Assembly (NCBI GenBank): GCA_964057225.1
Contig: OZ059897.1
Location: 3,472,001-3,536,000, forward strand
Direction of reading: 5' to 3'
DNA from: Auanema rhodensis
Lineage: Eukaryota > Animalia > Nematoda
DNA: 64,000 bases
The position numbers and the translations under genes were made by a program. Below the pieces are notes generated by a model. It was not told the DNA's origin. It did no database searches and worked only from the letters and a program-made list of their open reading frames with translations. Shown piece after piece: positions 54,415-64,000 of the stretch; position 1 is the stretch's first letter, and the number at the start of each line of letters is the position of its first letter.

Positions 54415-57400
54415 GTTTCTCGATGTAGTATAGTGCATTCGATGCGGATTCTTAAGCTGCGTTGATCTGTGTTATCAGATTTGAGTTAACTTAAAAATGC
54501 ACCGAGATATCAACTGATATAGGTTCACACTTATATCCTCGATTTTCACCCTGAAGAAATGATTTTTTCGTTGAAAAACATTGTCCATCGTCTTAGTCTT
54601 GAAAAAAGGAATCTGAAAACATCTACTTTTTGTGAAATTATTTAGAAATTTTTCGGGAAAATTTTTGTCAAAATGTTTTTGGAAGCAATGTTGAGTGTAC
54701 ATGGGAACTCAACATACACTAATGCATTATTTTTCAAACGATCATAACTAATTTTTGTAAATAGCGTTTCTCGATGTAGTATAGTGCATTCGATGCGGAT
54801 TTTTAAGCTGCGTCGATCTGTGTTATCAGATTTGAGTTAGCTTAAAAATGCACCGAGATATCAACTGATATATGTTTACACTTATATCCTCGATTTTCAC
54901 CCTGAAGAAATGATTTTTTCGTTGAATAACATTGTCCATCGTCTTCGCCTTGAAAAAAGGAATCTAAAAACATCTACTTTTTGTGAAATTATTTAGAAAT
55001 TTTTCGGGAAAATTTTTGTCAAAATGTTTTTGGAAGCAATGTTGAGTGTACATGGGAACTCAGCATACACTAATGCATTATTTTTCAAACGATAATAACT
55101 AATTTTTGTATAGAGCGTTTCTCAATGTAGTATAGTGCATTCGATGCGGATTTTTAAGCTGCGTCGATCTGTGTTATCCGATTTGAGCTAGCTTGAAAAT
55201 GTACCGAGATATCAACTGATATATGTTCACACTTATATCCTCGATTTTCACCCTGAAGAAATGATTTTTTCGTTGAATAACATTGTCCATCATCTTCGTC
55301 TTGAAAAAAGGAATCTAAAAACATCTACTTTTTGTGAAATTATTTAGAAATTTTTCGGGAAAATTTTTGTCAAAATGTTTTTGGAAGCAATGTTGAGTGT
55401 ACATGGGAACTCAACATACACTAATGCATTATTTTTCAAACGATCATAACTAATTTCTGTAAATAGCGTTTCTCAATGTAGTATAGTGCATTCGATGCGG
55501 ATTTTTAAGCTGCGTTGATCTGTGTTATCAGATTTGAGTTAACTTAAAAATGCACCGAGATATCAACTGATATATGTTCACACTTATATCCTCGATTTTC
55601 ACCCTGAAGAAATGATTTTTTCGTTGAATAACATTGTCCATCGTCTTCGCCTTGAAAAAAGGAATCTAAAAACATCTACTTTTTGTGAAATTATTTAGAA
55701 ATTTTTCGGGAAAATTTTTGTCAAAATGTTTTTGGAAGCAATGTTGAGTGTACATGGGAACTCAGCATACACTAATGCATTATTTTTCAAACGATAATAA
55801 CTAATTTTTGTATAGAGCGTTTCTCGATGTAGTATAGTGCATTCGATGCGGATTTTTAAGCTGCGTCGATCTGTGTTATCAGATTTGAGTTAGCTTAGAA
55901 ATGCACCGAGATATCAACTGATATATGTTTACACTTATATCCTCGATTTTCACCCTGAAGAAATGATTTTTTCGTTGAATAACATTGTCCATCGTCTTCG
56001 CCTTGAAAAAAGAATCTAAAAACATCTACTTTTTGTGAAATTATTTAGAAATTTTTCGGGAAAATTTTTGTCAAAATGTTTTTGGAAGCAATGTTGAGTG
56101 TACATGGGAACTCAGCATACACTAATGCATTATTTTTCAAACGATAATAACTAATTTTTGTATAGAGCGTTTCTCAATGTAGTATAGTGCATTCGATGCG
56201 GATTTTTAAGCTGCGTCGATCTGTGTTATCCGATTTGAGCTAGCTTGAAAATGTACCGAGATATCAACTGATATATGTTCACACTTATATCCTCGATTTT
56301 CACCCTGAAGAAATGATTTTTTCGTTGAATAACATTGTCCATCATCTTCGTCTTGAAAAAAGGAATCTAAAAACATCTACTTTTTGTGAAATTATTCAGA
56401 AATTTTTCGGGAAAATTTTTGTCAAAATGTTTTTGGAAGCAATGTTGAGTGTACATGGGAACTCAACATACACTAATGCATTATTTTTCAAACGATCATA
56501 ACTAATTTCTGTAAATAGCGTTTCTCAATGTAGTATAGTGCATTCGATGCGGATTTTTAAGCTGCGTTGATCTGTGTTATCAGATTTGAGTTAACTTAAA
56601 AATGCACCGAGATATCAACTGATATATGTTCACACTTATATCCTCGATTTTCACCCTGAAGAAATGATTTTTTCGTTGAATAACATTGTCCATCATCTTC
56701 GTCTTGAAAAAAGGAATCTAAAAACATCTACTTTTTGTGAAATTATTTAGAAATTTTTCGGGAAAATTTTTGTCAAAATGTTTTTGGAAGCAATGTTGAG
56801 TGTACATGGGAACTCAACATACACTAATGCATTATTTTTCAAACGATCATAACTAATTTCTGTAAATAGCGTTTCTCAATGTAGTATAGTGCATTCGATG
56901 CGGATTTTTAAGCTGCGTTGATCTGTGTTATCAGATTTGAGTTAACTTAAAAATGCACCGAGATATCAACTGATATATGTTCACACTTATATCCTCGATT
57001 TTCACCCTGAAGAAATGATTTTTTCGTTGAATAACATTGTCCATCGTCTTCGCCTTGAAAAAAGGAATCTAAAAACATCTACTTTTTGTGAAATTATTTA
57101 GAAATTTTTCGGGAAAATTTTTGTCAAAATGTTTTTGGAAGCAATGTTGAGTGTACATGGGAACTCAGCATACACTAATGCATTATTTTTCAAACGATAA
57201 TAACTAATTTTTGTATAGAGCGTTTCTCAATGTAGTATAGTGCATTCGATGCGGATTTTTAAGCTGCGTCGATCTGTGTTATCCGATTTGAGCTAGCTTG
57301 AAAATGTACCGAGATATCAACTGATATATGTTCACACTTATATCCTCGATTTTCACCCTGAAGAAATGATTTTTTCGTTGAATAACATTGTCCATCATCT

Positions 57401-58625
57401 TTGCCTTGAAAAAAGGAATCTAAAAACATCTACTTTTTGTGAAATTATTTAGAAATTTTTCGGGAAAATTTTTGTCAAAATGTTTTTGGAAGCAATGTTG
57501 AGTGTACATGGGAACTCAACATACACTAATGCATTATTTTTCAAACGATCATAACTTATTTTTGTATAGAGCGTTTCTCAATGTAGTGTAGTGCATTCGA
57601 TGCGGATTTTTAAGCTGCGTCGATCTGTGTTATCCGATTTGAGCTAGCTTGAAAATGTACCGAGATATCAACTGATATAGGTTCACACTTATATCCTCGA
57701 TTTTCACCCTGAAGAATTTATTTTTTCGTTGAATAACATTGTCCATCGTCTTCGCCTTGAAAAAAGGAATCTAAAAACATCTACTTTTTGTGAAATTATT
57801 TAGAAATTTTTCGGGAAAATTTTTGTCAAAATGTTTTTGGAAGCAATGTTGAGTGTACATGGGAACTCAGCATACACTAATGCATTATTTTTCAAACGAT
57901 AATAACTAATTTTTGTATAGAGCGTTTCTCAATGTAGTATAGTGCATTCGATGCGGATTTTTAAGCTGCGTCGATCTGTGTTATCCGATTTGAGCTAGCT
58001 TGAAAATGTACCGAGATATCAACTGATATATGTTCACACTTATATCCTCGATTTTCACCCTGAAGAAATGATTTTTTCGTTTAATAACATTGTCCATCAT
58101 CTTCGTCTTGAAAAAAGGAATCTAAAAACATCTACTGTTTGTGAAATTATTTAGAAATTTTTCGGGAAAATTTTTGTCAAAATGTTTTTGGAAGCAATGT
58201 TGAGTGTACATGGGAACTCAACATACACTAATGCATTATTTTTCAAACGATCATAACTAATTTTTGTAAATAGCGTTTCTCGATGTAGTATAGTGCATTC
58301 GATGCGGATTCTTAAGCTGCGTTGATCTGTGTTATCAGATTTGAGTTAACTTAAAAATGCACCGAGATATCAACTGATATAGGTTCACACTTATATCCTC
58401 GATTTTCACCCTGAAGAAATGATTTTTTCGTTGAAAAACATTGTCCATCGTCTTAGTCTTGAAAAAAGGAATCTGAAAACATCTACTTTTTGTGAAATTA
58501 TTTAGAAATTTTTCGGGAAAATTTTTGTCAAAATGTTTTTGGAAGCAATGTTGAGTGTACATGGGAACTCAACATACACTAATGCATTATTTTTCAAACG
58601 ATCATAACTAATTTTTGTAAATAGC

Positions 58626-61600
58626 GTTTCTCGATGTAGTATAGTGCATTCGATGCGGATTTTTAAGCTGCGTCGATCTGTGTTATCAGATTTGAGTTAG
58701 CTTAAAAATGCACCGAGATATCAACTGATATATGTTTACACTTATATCCTCGATTTTCACCCTGAAGAAATGATTTTTTCGTTGAATAACATTGTCCATC
58801 GTCTTTGTCTTGAGAGAAGGAATCTAAAAACATCTACTTTTTGTGAAATTATTTAGAAATTTTTCGGGAAAATTTTTGTCAAAATGTTTTTGGAAGCAAT
58901 GTTGAGTGTACATGGGAACTCAACATACACTAATGCATTATTTTTCAAACGATCATAACTAATTTCTGTAAATAGCGTTTCTCAATGTAGTATAGTGCAT
59001 TCGATGCGGATTTTTAAGCTGCGTTGATCTGTGTTATCAGATTTGAGTTAACTTAAAAATGCACCGAGATATCAACTGATATATGTTCACACTTATATCC
59101 TCGATTTTCACCCTGAAGAGATGATTTTTTCGTTGAATAACATTGTCCATCGTCTTCGTCTTGAAAAAAGGAATCTAAAAACATCTACTTTTTGTGAAAT
59201 TATTTAGAAATTTTTCGGGAAAATTTTTGTCAAAATGTTTTTGGAAGCAATGTTGAGTGTACATGGGAACTCAACATACACTAATGCATTATTTTTCAAA
59301 CGATCATAACTAATTTTTGTAAATAGCGTTTCTCAATGTAGTATAGTGCATTCGATGCGGATTTTTAAGCTGCGTCGATCTGTGTTATCAGATTTGAGTT
59401 AGCTTAAAAATGCACCGAGATATCAACTGATATATGTTCACACTTATATCCTCGATTTTCACCCTGAAGAAATGATTTTTTCGTTGAAAAAACATTGTCC
59501 ATCGTCTTTGCCTCGAAAAAAGGAATCTAAAAACATCTACTTTTTGTGAAATTATTTAGAAATTTTTCGGGAAAATTTTTGTCAAAATGTTTTTGGAAGC
59601 AATGTTGAGTGTACATGGGAACTCAACATACACTAATGCATTATTTTTCAAACGATCATAACTTATTTTTGTATAGAGCGTTTCTCAATGTAGTGTAGTG
59701 CATTCGATGCGGATTTTTAAGCTGCGTCGATCTGTGTTATCCGATTTGAGCTAGCTTGAAAATGTACCGAGATATCAACTGATATATGTTCACACTTATA
59801 TCCTCGATTTTCACCCTGAAGAATTTTTTTTTTCGTTGAATAACATTGTCCATCGTCTTCGCCTTGAAAAAAGGAATCTAAAAACATCTACTTTTTGTGA
59901 AATTATTTAGAAATTTTTCGGGAAAATTTTTGTCAAAATGTTTTTGGAAGCAATGTTGAGTGTACATGGGAACTCAACATACACTAATGCATTATTTTTC
60001 AAACGATCATAACTTATTTTTGTATAGAGCGTTTCTCAATGTAGTATAGTGCATTCGATGCGGATTTTTAAGCTGCGTCGATCTGTGTTATCAGATTTGA
60101 GTTAGCTTAAAAATGCACCGAGATATCAACTGATATATGTTTACACTTATATCCTCGATTTTCACCCTGAAGAAATGATTTTTTCGTTGAATAACATTGT
60201 CCATCGTCTTTGTCTTGAGAGAAGGAATCTAAAAACATCTACTTTTTGTGAAATTATTTAGAAATTTTTCGGGAAAATTTTTGTCAAAATGTTTTTGGAA
60301 GCAATGTTGAGTGTACATGGGAACTCAACATACACTAATGCATTATTTTTCAAACGATCATAACTAATTTCTGTAAATAGCGTTTCTCAATGTAGTATAG
60401 TGCATTCGATGCGGATTTTTAAGCTGCGTTGATCTGTGTTATCAGATTTGAGTTAACTTAAAAATGCACCGAGATATCAACTGATATATGTTCACACTTA
60501 TATCCTCGATTTTCACCCTGAAGAGATGATTTTTTCGTTGAATAACATTGTCCATCGTCTTCGTCTTGAAAAAAGGAATCTAAAAACGTCTACTTTTTGT
60601 GAAATTATTTAGAAATTTTTCGGGAAAATTTTTGTCAAAATGTTTTTGGAAGCAATGTTGAGTGTACATGGGAACTCAACATACACTAATGCATTATTTT
60701 TCAAACGATCATAACTAATTTTTGTAAATAGCGTTTCTCAATGTAGTATAGTGCATTCGATGCGGATTTTTAAGCTGCGTTGATCTGTGTTATCAGATTT
60801 GAGCTAGCTTAAAAATGCACCGAGATATCAACTGATATATGTTCACACTTATATCCTCGATTTTCACCCTGAAGAAATGATTTTTTGGTTGAAAAACATT
60901 GTCCATCGTCTTCGTCTTGAAAAAAGGAATCTAAAAACATCTACTTTTTGTGAAATTATTTAGAAATTTTTCGGGAAAATTTTTGTCAAAATGTTTTTGG
61001 AAGCAATGTTGAGTGTACATGGGAACTCAACATACACTAATGCATTATTTTTCAAACGATCATAACTAATTTTTGTATAGAGCGTTTTTTAATGTAGTAT
61101 AGTGCATTCGATGCGGATTTTTAAGCTGCGTCGATCTGTGTTATCAGATTTGAGTTAGCTTAAAAATGCACCGAGATATCAACTGATATATGTTCACACT
61201 TATATCCTCAATTTTCACCCTGAAGAAATGATTTTTTCGTTGAAAAAACATTGTCCATCGTCTTTGCCTTGAAAAAAGGAATCTAAAAACATCTACTTTT
61301 TGTGAAATTATTTAGAAATTTTTTGGGAAAATTTTTGTCAAAATGTTTTTGGAAGCAATGTTGAGTGTACATGGGAACTCAACATACACTAATGCATTAT
61401 TTTTCAAACGATCATAACTTATTTTTGTATAGAGCGTTTCTCAATGTAGTGTAGTGCATTCGATGCGGATTTTTAAGCTGCGTCGATCTGTGTTATCCGA
61501 TTTGAGCTAGCTTGAAAATGTACCGAGATATCAACTGATATAGGTTCACACTTATATCCTCGATTTTCACCCTGAAGAATTTATTTTTTCGTTGAATAAC

Positions 61601-63191
61601 ATTGTCCATCGTCTTCGCCTTGAAAAAAGGAATCTAAAAACATCTACTTTTTGTGAAATTATTTAGAAATTTTTCGGGAAAATTTTTGTCAAAATGTTTT
61701 TGGAAGCAATGTTGAGTGTACATGGGAACTCAACATACACTAATGCATTATTTTTCAAACGATCATAACTTATTTTTGTATAGAGCGTTTCTCAATGTAG
61801 TATAGTGCATTCGATGCGGATTTTTAAGCTGCGTCGATCTGTGTTATCAGATTTGAGTTAGCTTAAAAATGCACCGAGATATCAACTGATATATGTTTAC
61901 ACTTATATCCTCGATTTTCACCCTGAAGAAATGATTTTTTCGTTGAATAACATTGTCCATCGTCTTTGTCTTGAGAGAAGGAATCTAAAAACATCTACTT
62001 TTTGTGAAATTATTTAGAAATTTTTCGGGAAAATTTTTGTCAAAATGTTTTTGGAAGCAATGTTGAGTGTACATGGGAACTCAACATACACTAATGCATT
62101 ATTTTTCAAACGATCATAACTAATTTCTGTAAATAGCGTTTCTCAATGTAGTATAGTGCATTCGATGCGGATTTTTAAGCTGCGTTGATCTGTGTTATCA
62201 GATTTGAGTTAACTTAAAAATGCACCGAGATATCAACTGATATATGTTCACACTTATATCCTCGATTTTCACCCTGAAGAGATGATTTTTTCGTTGAATA
62301 ACATTGTCCATCGTCTTCGTCTTGAAAAAAGGAATCTAAAAACATCTACTTTTTGTGAAATTATTTAGAAATTTTTCGGGAAAATTTTTGTCAAAATGTT
62401 TTTGGAAGCAATGTTGAGTGTACATGGGAACTCAACATACACTAATGCATTATTTTTCAAACGATCATAACTAATTTTTGTAAATAGCGTTTCTCAATGT
62501 AGTATAGTGCATTCGATGCGGATTTTTAAGCTGCGTTGATCTGTGTTATCAGATTTGAGCTAGCTTAAAAATGCACCGAGATATCAACTGATATATGTTC
62601 ACACTTATATCCTCGATTTTCACCCTGAAGAAATGATTTTTTGGTTGAAAAACATTGTCCATCGTCTTCGTCTTGAAAAAAGGAATCTAAAAACATCTAC
62701 TTTTTGTGAAATTATTTAGAAATTTTTCGGGAAAATTTTTGTCAAAATGTTTTTGGAAGCAATGTTGAGTGTACATGGGAACTCAACATACACTAATGCA
62801 TTATTTTTCAAACGATCATAACTAATTTTTGTATAGAGCGTTTTTCAATGTAGTATAGTGCATTCGATGCGGATTTTTAAGCTGCGTCGATCTGTGTTAT
62901 CAGATTTGAGTTAGCTTAAAAATGCACCGAGATATCAACTGATATATGTTCACACTTATATCCTCGATTTTCACCCTGAAGAAATGATTTTTTCGTTGAA
63001 AAAACATTGTCCATCGTCTTTGCCTTGAAAAAAGGAATCTAAAAACATCTACTTTTTGTGAAATTATTTAGAAATTTTTCGGGAAAATTTTTGTCAAAAT
63101 GTTTTTGGAAGCAATGTTGAGTGTACATGGGAACTCAGCATACACTAATGCATTATTTTTCAAACGATAATAACTAATTTTTGTATAGAGC
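58626..63191. repeat. 4-mer (1405 bp) followed by a 5-mer (1756 bp) HOR and a partial further copy
   Basis: The GAGAGAAGG/TGTTTACAC monomer starts at 58626, 60031 and 61787. It is followed each time by the GAAGAGATG monomer (58977, 60382, 62138) and later by the +1 GAAAAAAC monomer (59328, 61084, 62840). Confidence 0.85.
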
Positions 63192-64000
63192 GTTTCTCAA
63201 TGTAGTATAGTGCATTCGATGCGGATTTTTAAGCTGCGTCGATCTGTGTTATCCGATTTGAGCTAACTTGAAAATGTACCGAGATATCAACTGATATATG
63301 TTCACACTTATATCCTCGATTTTCACCCTGAAGAAATGATTTTTTCGTTGAATAACATTGTCCATCATCTTCGTCTTGAAAAAAGGAATCTAAAAACATC
63401 TACTTTTTGTGAAATTATTTAGAAATTTTTCGGGAAAATTTTTGTCAAAATGTTTTTGGAAGCAATGTTGAGTGTACATGGGAACTCAACATACACTAAT
63501 GCATTATTTTTCAAACGATCATAACTAATTTTTGTATAGAGCGTTTCTCAATGTAGTATAGTGCATTCGATGCGGATTTTTAAGCTGCGTCGATCTGTGT
63601 TATCAGATTTGAGTTAGCTTAAAAATGCACCGAGATATCAACTGATATATGTTCACACTTATATCCTCGATTTTCACCCTGAAGAAATGATTTTTTCGTT
63701 GAATAACATTGTCCATCGTCTTAGTCTTGAAAAAAGGAATCTGAAAACATCTACTTTTTGTGAAATTATTTAGAAATTTTTCGGGAAAATTTTTGTCAAA
63801 ATGTTTTTGGAAGCAATATTGAGTGTACATGGGAACTCAACATACACTAATGCATTATTTTTCAAACGATCATAACTAATTCTTGTAAATAGCGTTTCTC
63901 AATGTAGTATAGTGCATTCGATGCGGATTTTTAAGCTGCGTGGATCTGTGTTATCAGATTTGAGTTAGCTTAAAAATGCACCGAGATATCAACTGATATA

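Larger units (their letters stand above)
1..64000. repeat. Tandem satellite DNA array, 351-bp monomer, 182 full copies plus a partial copy, single orientation
   Basis: The unit GTTTCTCAATGTAGTATAGTGCATTCG...TAATTTTTGTATAGAGC recurs at 1, 352, 703 ... 63543, 63894. Length check: 182x351 plus net indels (eighteen +1, one -1, two -48, six +15 = +11) places the last start exactly at 63894. ORF-track spacings are multiples of 351 plus these indels. Confidence 0.99.
49499..64000. repeat. Right-hand satellite subfamily domain with its own diagnostic variants
   Basis: I see TGTTTACAC, TTTCTGTAAAT, GAAGAGATG, TTTTGGTTG, GATTCTTAAG and GAGAGAAGG only here. The CGTCATG, ACTACTGCATCA and CGGAAAAA variants of the centre disappear, and ATTCAG occurs once (ORF 56313). 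Confidence 0.9.

Noticed and set aside
847-56501. Dozens of 62-aa plus-strand ORFs (MIFSLKNIVHRL...) as a tandem gene family
   Set aside because: Most monomers have TAG at codon 29, and the ORF opens only in CAG, GAG or AGG variants. Other copies carry frameshifts or lose the ATG, most variants change amino acids, and the F/K/I-rich composition simply reflects A/T tracts. There is no recognisable domain.
8743-63830. 75-76-aa minus-strand ORFs (MYTQHCFQKHF...)
   Set aside because: They occur only where the TCTA site is mutated, removing a minus-strand TAG. They overlap the plus-strand ORF and show no coding signal.
1-64000. CRISPR array or other repeat-spacer system
   Set aside because: There are no unique spacers: the entire 351 bp is repeated, and no cas-like ORFs are present.
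1-64000. Embedded transposon, inversion or unique island
   Set aside because: None seen, and the length check accounts for the full window with monomers and the listed small indels.

Overview
The whole 64 kb window is one uninterrupted head-to-tail array of an AT-rich 351-bp satellite monomer (monomer 1 is about 32% GC by hand count). It holds 182 complete monomers plus 107 bp, all in the same orientation, with no genes, transposon insertions, inversions or unique DNA that I could see. The 62-aa and 75-aa ORFs are by-products of the repeat: they appear only where a SNP removes a stop codon. The structure of interest lies in the variants. (i) The monomer is a chain of inverted repeats plus roughly helically spaced A/T tracts. 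(ii) Diagnostic SNPs and indels define several local higher-order repeats (HORs): a variable 9/7/11-mer on the left, a nested 7-mer/14-mer at 12.4-22.9 kb, an 8-mer, 5-mers, 4-mers and a dimer. (iii) The variant set changes sharply at about 49.5 kb, and the two flanks share rare variants missing from the centre, which suggests layered expansion. (iv) Two structural variants are informative: a 48-bp deletion that removes most of the main hairpin, and a 15-bp duplication whose two halves come from different monomer haplotypes. This looks like eukaryotic (peri)centromeric or heterochromatic satellite DNA. I cannot assign a species, a named satellite family or a function from the sequence. All variant typing was done by eye and cross-checked against ORF-track spacings.
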